A DNA stretch of 64,000 nt from Minisyncoccia bacterium (GTDB lineage Bacteria; Patescibacteriota; Minisyncoccia; Phycocordibacterales; UBA9973): assembly GCA_041737125.1 (NCBI GenBank), contig JBGSSJ010000003.1, positions 15,718-79,717 on the forward strand, in the 5' to 3' direction. Of the stretch, positions 47,121 through 57,010 are shown one piece after another. Each line of letters begins with the position of its first letter. Positions within the stretch are counted from its first letter, which is position 1. The position numbers and the translations under genes were made by a program. Below the pieces are notes generated by a model that did no database searches, was not told the DNA's origin, and saw only the letters and a list, made by a program, of their open reading frames with translations.

Positions 47121-48692
47121 CTATGAATTCGTTCTTGGTCTGTACTGCAACGCTTCTAATACATGTGAAGAGGTTATGTCTTTACTCCCTTCAAGGTCGG
47201 CGATGGTGCGGGCGAGCTTGATGGTGCGATGGTATGCCCGAGCGGAGAGCGAAAGTCGCTCGGCACTTTGATTTAAGAGATTTTTTATTTCTGGTGTCAG
47301 TGGTGCGTATATGGCCAAATCTTTCACATTCATTTCACTATTGGTATTTATTTTCCTCGAAGCACCTTTAAATCTCCTGCTCTGTATATCACGAGCCCTC
47401 TCTACTCGCTCTTTGATTGTGTGAGTCTTCTCTCCACTTTGCTCAGTGCTTGATAGCTTGTCATAGTCCACTGCTCCAACTCCAACCCATATATCAATAC
47501 GATCCATAATAGGGCCGGACAACTTCCTAGAATATTTATCCAGATCACTTGGTTTGCAAATGCAGGCTTTCTGCTTGTTGCCTTTGTTCCCACAAGGGCA
47601 AGGGTTCATTGCTGCTACAAGAATAAAATTCGATGGGAATATAGCAGAGCCCCGAGCACGTGATATCGATACTACATTGTCTTCAAGTGGTTGGCGGAGT
47701 GACTCGAGAACTTTCTTCTCGAACTCTGGGAATTCGTCGAGGAAGAGCACTCCTCTATGCGCTAGTGTTACTTCCCCTGGTTTGGGATTTGCTCCGCCTC
47801 CTATCATCGATACATAGCTTGCAGTATGGTGCGGTGCGCGGAATGGCGCATTGGTGATGAGTTCACCATCGAGTAATCCTACGACAGAGTGTATGCCAGT
47901 TATTTCTAATATTTCATCATTGCCCAAGTCCGGCAGTATATGCGAGAAGACCCGAGCAAGCATCGTCTTCCCTGTGCCTGGAGGTCCGGACATGGCTATA
48001 TTGTGCCCACCTGCAGCTGCTATCTCGAGCCCTCTCTTGGCCCCTTCTTGTCCGCGAATATCCGAGAAGTCGATAGGGTTCTCTTTGCGAGTATTTTTTA
48101 TCTCAGTTCTTGGTGTTGGTGTTATCTTCGGCCTCTCTTTCTCTATAGGGTTACCTTTCTTATCTAATCTTACTTTATAAACATGATCTATCACTTCGCG
48201 AAGTGTGCGTGCTCCGTAAACTACAATCCCATCTATAAGCGAAGCTTCCACAGCATTGTCTATCGGTAAAAATATCTCTTTGTAGCCGAGCTTCTTGGCT
48301 TCCTGAGTTAGTGGCAGTGCACCTTTTATAGGTTGGAGCTCACCGTTGAGCGAGAGCTCACCTAGGAATACTCTACCTGCTGGATCGAAATCTATCTCGC
48401 CCGCCGAGAGTAAGTATGCAAGTGCAATAGCCAAATCAAAATACGGACCCTCTTTTTTAAGGTCCGCAGGCGAAAGGGAGATAACTATTTTCTGGTTTTG
48501 ATTCTTTGGAGAGTTGAAGCCGGAGTTCTTCAGGGCAGAAGACATTCTGTCCTTAGATTCATCGACAGCTTTGTCTGGTAATCCGACTAGGGTAAATGCA
48601 TGTAAGGTGTTCTTTGTAATGTCTACTTCGACAGTTACAATTTTGCCTTTTAGTAAGTGTGTTTGCGCAGAATATATTCTAGCAAATGACAT
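47121..48692 (-). CDS. comM: YifB/ComM Mg-chelatase-like AAA ATPase
   Basis: LVGLPD.AV.ES, GPPGTGKTML, PFRAPHH, LAHRGVLFLDE, NPCPCG. Confidence 0.93.
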   Translation of the reverse strand: MSFARIYSAQTHLLKGKIVTVEVDITKNTLHAFTLVGLPDKAVDESKDRMSSALKNSGFNSPKNQNQKIVISLSPADLKKEGPYFDLAIALAYLLSAGEIDFDPAGRVFLGELSLNGELQPIKGALPLTQEAKKLGYKEIFLPIDNAVEASLIDGIVVYGARTLREVIDHVYKVRLDKKGNPIEKERPKITPTPRTEIKNTRKENPIDFSDIRGQEGAKRGLEIAAAGGHNIAMSGPPGTGKTMLARVFSHILPDLGNDEILEITGIHSVVGLLDGELITNAPFRAPHHTASYVSMIGGGANPKPGEVTLAHRGVLFLDEFPEFEKKVLESLRQPLEDNVVSISRARGSAIFPSNFILVAAMNPCPCGNKGNKQKACICKPSDLDKYSRKLSGPIMDRIDIWVGVGAVDYDKLSSTEQSGEKTHTIKERVERARDIQSRRFKGASRKINTNSEMNVKDLAIYAPLTPEIKNLLNQSAERLSLSARAYHRTIKLARTIADLEGSKDITSSHVLEALQYRPRTNS

Positions 48693-48700
48693 AGTATTGT

Positions 48701-49057
48701 TTACTCCTTATTAATACATTCCATACAAGTTCTCGCACTTGCATTCGCCTCTAGGCGTTCTTCTTCGATTGGTTTATTACAGAATTCACACATGCCGTAA
48801 GTTCCATCTGCAATCTTACCCAATGCTTTATCTATATCATCGAGTCTCTTGTTGAGCACATCTGTAGTGCTTGATCTCTCTTGATAATCCTCGGCGCGGT
48901 CAGCCATATCGTTCTCGTCTGATTCAGGAGAGCTTTGTTCCTCTGGAGTTGCTTCCCAGTCGCCTGTCTCTTTATCTTGTTTGCCCATTCCATTAAGTTC
49001 GTTTTCTACTAACTTTTTCTCCTCTTCTAATTTAGCTTTATAGATATCTGTTTTCAT
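48701..49057 (-). CDS. TraR/DksA C4 zinc-finger protein
   Basis: D.AD motif; GTYG.CE.C...I..ERLEA...A.TC..C. Confidence 0.9.
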   Translation of the reverse strand: MKTDIYKAKLEEEKKLVENELNGMGKQDKETGDWEATPEEQSSPESDENDMADRAEDYQERSSTTDVLNKRLDDIDKALGKIADGTYGMCEFCNKPIEEERLEANASARTCMECINKE

Positions 49058-49102
49058 TTTATTATCATAACATTATTACAATATCAATGGCAATTTATAC
49101 TA

Positions 49103-50038
49103 TTATATAGGCTTCGTCTCTTTTGCTCGCAATCTCGCTGTCACTTCTTTGATGGCTTGTTTGCTATCTGTTATGAGCAAGGTGTCCTTACTTGTAAATA
49201 TATAGAATAGTATGTCTTTACCATCCTTGTCGTAGAGTATGCGAGCGTCCTTATTATCAAGGATGATATCTTTCCAGGGTTTATCGAATAGTACACTCCT
49301 TTCTCCTGCGACATCTGTATCAAATAATACAAACATGTCGTTTAATAGCAGATCTTCCCAGGCAAGCATCGAAGCATAAGCTTGGTTATAATCTTTGATT
49401 TTGAATATTAAGAATGGGTGCGTCTCTGCGACTACTTGCTCCTCTCCTTCAGCGTTTGTTGTTGTGGTTGATTTGGCTACGTAGGATCCTATCATGTAGT
49501 CTGTATCGAAAGTACGAACAAGTGCTTGTGGAGCATCAAGATCAAATAATGTGAGGAACTTTTCTATAGATATTGGCGTCTCTACTTCGCCCACTTTTTC
49601 TTGCAAAAGAATTGATTTAATTTGACCCTTCGCGAGAGGCTTCTTTGTTTCTTCTTTTATCAAAGTCCCTAGTTCTATGTCTGTGTTTATGTTGCTAGTA
49701 TCAAGAGCAACTTCTTCGTCATAAGATATGAGTGCTTCGGTTCTTATTTTTACTTCTGGTGCTATACTTGCACTTTTATTTTTCTGATAGAGGAAGTATC
49801 CTCCGACAAGAGAACCCGCGATGAAAATAATTCCTCCTAGTACCCAGAAGAATTTATTCACACCAGATCCACTTGCTTCCTGGTATATTTCTTCTCTTTC
49901 GCGCTTCTCTTTTTCGGCAAGAGCAATCTTGATAACTGACATCTCATTCTCACGAACAGCATCAGCCATATCTGATGTGTAAGTGTGAATAGTTTTCAAA
50001 TTATTCTTTGTATTGTTTTGTATTTCTTTCTCGTCCAT
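49103..50038 (-). CDS. Single-pass membrane hypothetical protein
   Basis: TY.SDMA.A N-terminus, TM helix, YA.ML.WE. Confidence 0.75.
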   Translation of the reverse strand: MDEKEIQNNTKNNLKTIHTYTSDMADAVRENEMSVIKIALAEKEKREREEIYQEASGSGVNKFFWVLGGIIFIAGSLVGGYFLYQKNKSASIAPEVKIRTEALISYDEEVALDTSNINTDIELGTLIKEETKKPLAKGQIKSILLQEKVGEVETPISIEKFLTLFDLDAPQALVRTFDTDYMIGSYVAKSTTTTNAEGEEQVVAETHPFLIFKIKDYNQAYASMLAWEDLLLNDMFVLFDTDVAGERSVLFDKPWKDIILDNKDARILYDKDGKDILFYIFTSKDTLLITDSKQAIKEVTARLRAKETKPI

Positions 50039-50050
50039 TTTTATTTTTTA

Positions 50051-52174
50051 CTATGCTTTTGGTTTAAAGAAATTCTCATCCGCTTCTTTGATTGATAGGT
50101 TCAGACGTCCTTTCTCATCCACCTTTATTATCTTCACTGGCACCTTATCCCCTTCCTTAAGAATATCAGAAACTTTCTCTACACGGAACGGTGTAATTTC
50201 AGAAATGTGTACAAGTCCTTCTGTTCCATTTGATAGTTTCACAAACGCACCGAAATCCATGAGCTTCACAACTTCCGCATCACTAGTATCACCTACTTTG
50301 TATTCATGTGTCATGTCATCGATTATCTTCTTCGCTTTCTCTGCGCCCCCATTCTTACCTGTGATGAATACTGTTCCATCTTCTTCGATTGTGATCTCTG
50401 TGCCTGTCTCTTCACGAATTGCATTTATGTTCTTGCCTCCAGGTCCGATGATCATTCCGATCTTCTCTTTATCTATTTTAGTCACTACTATCTGTGGAGC
50501 ATTTGGTGAGATATTTGCGCGTGGAGTTGGGATCTCTTTCGTGATGGCTTCTAGTATTTGAAGTCGAGCAGTTTTCGCACGAGTGAGTGCTTCCTTTAGT
50601 ATGACGACTGGGATGCCATCTACTTTCACATCGAGTTGTATCGCTGTGATGCCATCTTTCGTTCCTGCAACTTTGAAGTCCATATCACCGTAGTGATCTT
50701 CTGGTCCTTGAATGTCAGTGAGTAGGACATATTTATTTTTATTTTTCTCATCTATCATTACTCCTACAGATATACCTGCGACTGGAGTCTTAATCGGCAC
50801 GCCTCCGTCCATAAGTGCGACTGTGGATGCACAGATAGATGCTTGTGAAGTGGAACCATTCGATGCAACAGATTCAGATACTACTCGGATAGTGTAAGGG
50901 AAATTTATTTTCTCAGGTATGACTGGAGTGAGAGCTTTCTCTACGAGGAAGCCGTGGCCCATCTCTCTGCGGTTGAGTCCTCCGACGCGGCCCGTCTCAC
51001 CTCCTGAGTATGGAGGGAAGTTGTAGTGATGCATGAAACGCTTCTTGAATGAGTTCTCCACTCCGTCTATCGCATGCATGTCCTCTGGTCCACCGAGAGT
51101 GAGCACAGAGAGCACGTGTGTTTCGCCACGATAGAAAATACCAGAACCGTGTAACACTGGTGAAATACCCCCAGCTTTTGCATAAAGACCTCGGACTTCA
51201 TCGACAGCTCTGCCATCTGCGCGTTTGTTTTCAAGGAGGGATGCTGTGTGAAACATAGAGTCTAAGTAGTGATGTATGTAATCTTGTGCCACATACTTGT
51301 CTTCATCAGTGTAGTCAGGGTAAGTTTCTTTGATAAGAGTCTTCCATAAAGCTTCTGCTTCACTTGTGACTTCTTTACTCTTGGCACCGAATAGTCCTCC
51401 ATCGATAATTGGCTTCACTTTGTTATTAAAAAGTTCTATGACGTCAGTCGGAGTCTCTTTCTTTGGGAAAGAAAGTTTAGCTTTACCAAATTCTGCTCGT
51501 AGCTTGTTCTGGAATTCTTCCCACTTTGTTATCTCTGCTACTGCCATATCGAAGCACTTACTCATCTCTTCTTCACTAAGCTCATATGCCATAGACTCGA
51601 TCATGTTGATAGTCTGCTCTTTACCGCAAACTAGTAGATCAAGTGCGTAGACTGCTTCATCGGAATTCGGAATGTAATTATTTATTTTGATCTCAGTCTC
51701 ACCATGGGCCTTACTTATGTGTACTGCTCCTACCGGACCGTTCCAAGGAATGTCGGACATTGATAGAGCGATAGATGAAGCATTGATTCCCAAAGTTTTC
51801 GGATCAGCACCACCGACTGCGATAACTGTGATGATTACTTGAACTGCGTTCTTGATATGGTGATCAAAGAGTGGGCGAATAGTTCGGTCTGTCATGCGGG
51901 CTGCAAGTATTGCTTGCTCAGAAGGTCTGCCTTCTCTCTTACTAAATTGTCCACCAAGAATTTTCCCTGCGGCATAATACTTCTCCAAGTACTCGACAGT
52001 CAGATTAAAGAATCCAGGATTATCTTCCCCACTTTTTGATATTACCGCTGTCGCCATAACAACTGTGCCGTCGCATTTGAGCATGACGGAACCATTCGCT
52101 TGATTTGCTAAGTCGCTAAAAACGGCCGTAATTTTCTTACCACCAATCTCTACTTCATATTCTTTACTTTGCAT
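50051..52174 (-). CDS. pnp: Polyribonucleotide nucleotidyltransferase
   Basis: KREGRP, RRE.GHG, SNGSTS, GDMDFKVAGT, KH and S1 domains. Confidence 0.97.
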   Translation of the reverse strand: MQSKEYEVEIGGKKITAVFSDLANQANGSVMLKCDGTVVMATAVISKSGEDNPGFFNLTVEYLEKYYAAGKILGGQFSKREGRPSEQAILAARMTDRTIRPLFDHHIKNAVQVIITVIAVGGADPKTLGINASSIALSMSDIPWNGPVGAVHISKAHGETEIKINNYIPNSDEAVYALDLLVCGKEQTINMIESMAYELSEEEMSKCFDMAVAEITKWEEFQNKLRAEFGKAKLSFPKKETPTDVIELFNNKVKPIIDGGLFGAKSKEVTSEAEALWKTLIKETYPDYTDEDKYVAQDYIHHYLDSMFHTASLLENKRADGRAVDEVRGLYAKAGGISPVLHGSGIFYRGETHVLSVLTLGGPEDMHAIDGVENSFKKRFMHHYNFPPYSGGETGRVGGLNRREMGHGFLVEKALTPVIPEKINFPYTIRVVSESVASNGSTSQASICASTVALMDGGVPIKTPVAGISVGVMIDEKNKNKYVLLTDIQGPEDHYGDMDFKVAGTKDGITAIQLDVKVDGIPVVILKEALTRAKTARLQILEAITKEIPTPRANISPNAPQIVVTKIDKEKIGMIIGPGGKNINAIREETGTEITIEEDGTVFITGKNGGAEKAKKIIDDMTHEYKVGDTSDAEVVKLMDFGAFVKLSNGTEGLVHISEITPFRVEKVSDILKEGDKVPVKIIKVDEKGRLNLSIKEADENFFKPKA

Positions 52175-52186
52175 ATTGTGTGTAGC

Positions 52187-52254
52187 TAATCCAGAGACCC
52201 TAGTTTTGAAATTTTGGCCCTTAGGCTATTTCAACGCTATCCGTCTTTGGATTA
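52187..52254 (-). promoter_or_regulatory. pnp 5' leader stem-loop
   Basis: TAATCCAGAGAC / GTCTTTGGATTA outer stem with inner pairing. Confidence 0.5.
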
Positions 52255-52373
52255 ACGAATTTACTTATTAATACTAGAAGCATAGCAGAAAATGTGAGTT
52301 TTATGAAGAGCCAAATTATCCTTTGACTTAAAATTTTATCTAGTATAGAGTGTAGAAAAAAAGGAGTGTTTAT

Positions 52374-53087
52374 ATGAGAAACATAGAATTCTCTGGGTAC
52401 GAAAATGTGTCCAGATTACAACTTGTAAATTTTTCCCCAGGATATTTGGGAATGCTTACTGATTTAAGGTTAAATATCCGTGAGAACCAGACAATGAATT
52501 TGTGTTTGGTGAGAATCACAGATGTTGGTGTGTCCGTAAGTCCACCAATAAATTTTAGCAATCTAAGTATGGAGGGTAATTTCATCAAAGGGACTTACTT
52601 CGATGATCATTACCAGACTGACGAAGGGCAAAAGATTCCCCAGACAAAGACCATCCGCTTAGACAATCCATTCGGTGAAGTTCCGATCATTCCGGGGTGG
52701 CAAGCTTCCAAGCTTTTTATTTTCGGTGAAGGGTTGGATGAATACCAATCATTCATTGAAGAAGCCAGGAATGGATTATTGACTGAGCTTGGGAAGCCGA
52801 TTCAGCTGACCTACAAAAACGATGACGGAAGTTTTTCTGTTGTTGGAGGTTTGCTGAATATAGTGAATAGAGGGAATATTGATGTTCAGGACTACTATGA
52901 AATACTGGTAGTAGAGAACAAAACTGTTTCTGCAAATTCGCTTGACCGCAGGAAGAACCACCGGTTTATTTCTGAAAATGGTTTTCTGGTAATGGTTGGC
53001 CCTGCATTTGCAAAACCTAATTCTATGGACACCGGAGAAGTTTTCGGTATCGAGAAGTTCTGGAATTTCAAACCCCACAAAGGTTAA
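52374..53087 (+). CDS. Orphan hypothetical protein
   Basis: TTGACT-17-TATAGA-like promoter, AAGGAG RBS, terminator near 53120-53150. Confidence 0.7.
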   Translation: MRNIEFSGYENVSRLQLVNFSPGYLGMLTDLRLNIRENQTMNLCLVRITDVGVSVSPPINFSNLSMEGNFIKGTYFDDHYQTDEGQKIPQTKTIRLDNPFGEVPIIPGWQASKLFIFGEGLDEYQSFIEEARNGLLTELGKPIQLTYKNDDGSFSVVGGLLNIVNRGNIDVQDYYEILVVENKTVSANSLDRRKNHRFISENGFLVMVGPAFAKPNSMDTGEVFGIEKFWNFKPHKG

Positions 53088-53119
53088 AGAAAATTTTAAA
53101 GTTATTAAAAAATAACAAC

Positions 53120-53150
53120 AATGGCGTTGCTTGAATGCAACGCCATTTTT
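53120..53150. terminator. Terminator
   Basis: AATGGCGTTGC..GCAACGCCATT followed by T-tract. Confidence 0.75.
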
Positions 53151-53161
53151 ATTTTATATTT

Positions 53162-53668
53162 TTAATATATCAAATACTTTTTTGGGTTTACGGAGAGGTC
53201 GAGGAAGTCATCGGCTGTCTCTTTGAGCTTCATTGATGAGCTTTTGCCGAAAGATACGACTTCTATCTGGACACCATAAGTACTCTGCAAGTATTCTACC
53301 AAGGGCACGAAGTCCCCATCCCCTGCCACGAGCACTACTGCGTCGAGCTTCGGTGCCATCTTTACCGCGTCTATGGTGATACCGACATCCCAGTCGCCCT
53401 TCTTCGCCCCACCAGCGAATACTTGTAAATCTTTTGTCTTTGTTTCTATGCCAAGCTTAGTTAGTGCATCGAAGAAGTTCTTCTCATCACCTCCTTCACT
53501 AGTGATAACATATGCGACTGCACGCACTAGCTTCCTACCTGCAACTGCGTCGCGAAGTACTGCCCCGAAGTTCACCTTCCTTTTATATAGATTCTTCGCA
53601 CTATGATATAGATTGGATGTATCTATGAACACCCCTACTCTCTGTTCTTTATGTTTGATTATGCTCAT
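53162..53668 (-). CDS. NYN domain (LabA-like) protein
   Basis: FIDTSNLY, KGDWDVGITID, GDGDF.PL, L...AD.F. Confidence 0.9.
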   Translation of the reverse strand: MSIIKHKEQRVGVFIDTSNLYHSAKNLYKRKVNFGAVLRDAVAGRKLVRAVAYVITSEGGDEKNFFDALTKLGIETKTKDLQVFAGGAKKGDWDVGITIDAVKMAPKLDAVVLVAGDGDFVPLVEYLQSTYGVQIEVVSFGKSSSMKLKETADDFLDLSVNPKKYLIY

Positions 53669-53723
53669 ATATGTATTGTACCAAAACAAAACGTCCTCCG
53701 ACAGGGGTCGGAGGGCATTTCGA

Positions 53724-53984
53724 TTAAGCTTTTATTAATTTAGTCTGAGTCGCATGTCTTACCTTGTCTGTCTTCTCCAAGTATTTAAGGTGACCTCTAC
53801 GATCAGCAACCATTTTTATCAATCCTCTGCGTGAATGGTTATCTTTCTTGTGTTCCTTTAGGTGGCTTGCAAGTTCATCGATTTTCTTACTCAATATAGC
53901 AATCTGTACTTCAGGACTTCCAGTATCTTTCGCGTGTAACTGGCTCTTTTTTATAATATTTTGTTTTTTCTTTGTTGTTAACAT
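53724..53984 (-). CDS. rpsO: 30S ribosomal protein S15
   Basis: [21 protein letters not shown]. Confidence 0.97.
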   Translation of the reverse strand: MLTTKKKQNIIKKSQLHAKDTGSPEVQIAILSKKIDELASHLKEHKKDNHSRRGLIKMVADRRGHLKYLEKTDKVRHATQTKLIKA

Positions 53985-54122
53985 CGTGGCTCAATATTAG
54001 CACATATTATAAAAAATTGCAAGACCCACTGAATATACTGATTATTCACCCTCTTAGTAGTCATTATTGACGAAAAGCATTTAAAGTGGTAGTTTGGAAT
54101 AAACTTATTAAATTAAAAAACT

Positions 54123-54587
54123 ATGACAAAGAAGCTTCTTAGTATACTCCCCATTAATTGCGAGTATCGACACGGTGATGAATTAGTAGTAGGACTATCT
54201 TCTTTCTATTTAAATTTATTAAATAAAGGAGAAGAATTCGAGGACCAGCAGGTTTATTTTGAGGATGGTTTTGGTAAAGTTTGTAAACTGTTCTTCAAAC
54301 ATGAAACTAACTTAGCATGCCGGTTGCAAATGCTTGGTGAGAAACCTAGTGACCATGATTGTGATTTACGCATCAAGCCAGCGATTGTGAACAACTTCAC
54401 TCTAATGGCTCAAAAACCCTTTCATTATGATGGAGACACATCAACAGGTTATATAAGCAACATAATGGTTACCACTGGGATTTCCATAAAGGAGATGCCC
54501 CTTCAATCTTCAGAATACCCGGATGCTTTTTTGATTACACAATTTGAGGAAAGGTGGAACAAAAAAGCCCATGCCTTGTACCCCTAA
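54123..54587 (+). CDS. Orphan hypothetical protein
   Basis: TTGACG upstream, A-rich leader, terminator 54606-54646. Confidence 0.65.
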   Translation: MTKKLLSILPINCEYRHGDELVVGLSSFYLNLLNKGEEFEDQQVYFEDGFGKVCKLFFKHETNLACRLQMLGEKPSDHDCDLRIKPAIVNNFTLMAQKPFHYDGDTSTGYISNIMVTTGISIKEMPLQSSEYPDAFLITQFEERWNKKAHALYP

Positions 54588-54605
54588 TAAGTACAAAACC
54601 TACTT

Positions 54606-54646
54606 ACCAGAACGTTCGACAAAACCCGAACGTTCTGGTATTTTTT
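54606..54646 (+). terminator. Intrinsic terminator
   Basis: TACCAGAACGTTCG..CGAACGTTCTGGTA followed by T-tract. Confidence 0.8.
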
Positions 54647-54699
54647 ATTATGTTATAATTATTGTGCGACCCTCCTTTTTACTATAGGGGGCACACTTG

Positions 54700-54800
54700 T
54701 CCCGTACTAAATTTTTGATTATTTATTTTAAAGATTTAGAAAGATAAGGAAAATTTATTTAGAGAAAGATAATTATTAATATTAAAATTTTAGTATGGGA
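54700..54800. mobile_element. MITE-like 100-bp insertion abutting the xer start codon
   Basis: TCCCGTACTAAATTTT / AAATTTTAGTATGGGA (14/16 match). Confidence 0.45.
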
Positions 54801-55723
54801 TGGCTACACAATTAGAACAACTTAAAAGAGAATTCCTTGAGCATATCGAGATAGAGAAAGGCAGAAGCCTGAAAACGGTAGAGAATTACGATCACTACAT
54901 TACTCGCTACTTCGACTTCTCGAAAGTGAAGAATCCAGAGGATATAGACAGCACTTCTGTGCGTGAGTTCAGGCTTTGGCTTAATCGTCAGTCGATGGGT
55001 AACAATAGAGCCACAGGGAAAACAGTCTCGAGGAAGACTCAGAACTACTACATGATAGCTCTGCGGGTATTCCTGAAATATCTAACAAGGAAGAAGATTA
55101 AATCCATGTCCGCCGATGAGATAGACTTGGCGAAAGTCCCCGAGCGCCACCTCGACCTCATATCTACGAACGAGCTTGGCCGATTACTGAAGTCGTCCGA
55201 AGGTGGTGATATAAAGTCACTCCGTGATAAAGCGATACTCGAGCTACTATTCTCGACTGGGCTTCGTGTATCCGAGCTGTGTTCACTTACAAATGATATA
55301 GATTTCGAGACTGGGGAATTCTCTATCCGTGGTAAAGGTGGGAAGATAAGAGTCGTATTCATATCCGATGAAGCGCGCACGACACTGAAGAAGTACCTCG
55401 CTTTGCGGAAAGATATGTCCGATTCCCTATTCGTTCAGATAGGTAGCGAGAAGAAAGATGGCATGGATATAAAGCCACTAACTAGGCGCTCAGTAGAACG
55501 CATTGTGAAACAGTGCGCGGTTAAAGCCGGTATCTCGAAGAAGGTTACACCGCACGTCATCCGCCACTGCTTCGCCACTGATTTACTTTCAAATGGTGCA
55601 GACATACGCTCTGTCCAGACTATGCTCGGCCATGCCAACATAGCCACAACGCAGATATACACACACGTAACTGATGCACAGCTTCGCGAAGTCCATAAAA
55701 AGTTCCATGGGAAACGGGAATAG
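54800..55723 (+). CDS. XerC/XerD family tyrosine recombinase
   Basis: LFSTGLRVSEL, GKGGK.R, TPHVIRHCFAT, MLGH, TTQIYTHV. Confidence 0.93.
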   Translation: MATQLEQLKREFLEHIEIEKGRSLKTVENYDHYITRYFDFSKVKNPEDIDSTSVREFRLWLNRQSMGNNRATGKTVSRKTQNYYMIALRVFLKYLTRKKIKSMSADEIDLAKVPERHLDLISTNELGRLLKSSEGGDIKSLRDKAILELLFSTGLRVSELCSLTNDIDFETGEFSIRGKGGKIRVVFISDEARTTLKKYLALRKDMSDSLFVQIGSEKKDGMDIKPLTRRSVERIVKQCAVKAGISKKVTPHVIRHCFATDLLSNGADIRSVQTMLGHANIATTQIYTHVTDAQLREVHKKFHGKRE

Positions 55724-55730
55724 ACCACCC

Positions 55731-55846
55731 CACAAAAATTAAAATAATCTCATTCCAGAGTCCGGAAATTTCTTACTAGAAATTTCCTCATTGTTCGCGC
55801 CGTCGCACTTACCAGCCTCTTCCATGAGGTTATTTTAATTTCTGTG
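55731..55846 (-). repeat. Structured repeat family copy
   Basis: 21/23 terminal IR; core GCGACGGCGCGAACAAT (minus strand) plus GGAAATTTCT-AGTA-AGAAATTTCC hairpin. Confidence 0.7.
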
Positions 55847-55886
55847 TTCACTCGATAATACTTTTATTTCGTGATATATTTTCTAT

Positions 55887-56666
55887 ATGAAAATTATTTC
55901 TTGGAATACGAATGGTTTGCGAGCGACAGTGAAGCAAGGGAACTTCGATCCCCTCTTCTCTAAATACAAGCCCGACATAGTTTGCCTACAAGAGACGAAA
56001 GCAGAAGCTGAACAGCTTCCAGAAGATGTCCGTAATAAGAAAGGCTATTACTCGTACTTCTCGCATTCACGTAAGAGAAAGGGCTATAGCGGTGTAGCTA
56101 TATACTCGAAGATAAAACCCGATAAAGTGACAGAGCTTGGTATCCCGCACTTCGATGATGAGGGTCGCACTTTGGTTGCTTACTATAATATAGACGGCGA
56201 AGAAGTCGTCCTCATTACATGCTACTTCCCGAATGGTGGTTCTGGTCCTGATAGGCTCGAATATAAACTAGAATTCTATGATGCATTCCTCAAGTTCATA
56301 AATAATTTGAGGAAGAAAGGAAGGAAAGTCATCTTCTGTGGGGATGTGAATACTGCGCATACGGCAGTCGATCTTGCCCGCCCGAAGGCCAATGAAGAGA
56401 ACACAGGCTTCCTCCCTATCGAGCGTGCTTGGATAGATAAAGTCGTAAAGCATGATTACGTAGATACATTCCGCTACCTTAATCCCAACACGAAAGACAT
56501 GTATACATACTGGGATCAGAAAACTGCCAGTAGGGATAGGAATGTGGGCTGGCGCATCGACTACTTCTTCGTATCGAAAGAATTAGAGAAGAAGGTGAAG
56601 AGGTCTACAATGCTCACTGACTATATGGGCTCTGACCACTGCCCTATCTTGCTTGAACTTAAATAA
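55887..56666 (+). CDS. xth: Exodeoxyribonuclease III
   Basis: SWN.NG, LQETK, GYSGVA, YFPNG, GD.NTAH, GWRIDY, SDHCP. Confidence 0.96.
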   Translation: MKIISWNTNGLRATVKQGNFDPLFSKYKPDIVCLQETKAEAEQLPEDVRNKKGYYSYFSHSRKRKGYSGVAIYSKIKPDKVTELGIPHFDDEGRTLVAYYNIDGEEVVLITCYFPNGGSGPDRLEYKLEFYDAFLKFINNLRKKGRKVIFCGDVNTAHTAVDLARPKANEENTGFLPIERAWIDKVVKHDYVDTFRYLNPNTKDMYTYWDQKTASRDRNVGWRIDYFFVSKELEKKVKRSTMLTDYMGSDHCPILLELK

Positions 56667-56705
56667 CTTGCATGTTTCACTTTTTGTGTTATAATAGTTT
56701 CAAAT

Positions 56706-56894
56706 ATGAGTTTCAGAAAATTTTTATCAAAATATTCCGGAGGGATAATTTTGATAGTGATGTCTTTTATCGTTTTTTACGGTGGTGGCCCAATATTCGG
56801 GCTACTAACTACAAATGTAGTGAGTATCATAGGCTTCCTAGGAGGGTTCTGTGTTATTTTTTCTACTGAGTTAAAGAACAAGACTTCAGAATAG
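56706..56894 (+). CDS. Small two-TM membrane protein
   Basis: Two hydrophobic segments; TATAAT shortly upstream. Confidence 0.5.
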   Translation: MSFRKFLSKYSGGIILIVMSFIVFYGGGPIFGLLTTNVVSIIGFLGGFCVIFSTELKNKTSE

Positions 56895-57010
56895 GATCCA
56901 GTTCCACGCTGTAAAGTGGTCGTCGCGTCACTCTTGTGTATGCGGCTTTTTTTATTTTTACACTATTCATGTATAATAGGAAAACATTATAAATTAATAA
57001 AATAAAAAAT

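Noticed and set aside
54630-54660. dif site near xer (TTATGTTATAAT), and GTGCGCATTA at ~13279
   Set aside because: Only one arm resembles dif in each case; better explained as a -10 box and dnaA leader sequence
54800-55846. Integron (integrase plus attC-like hairpins)
   Set aside because: The recombinase looks like XerC/D with no evident IntI insertion, and the hairpins lack RYYYAAC/GTTRRRY ends
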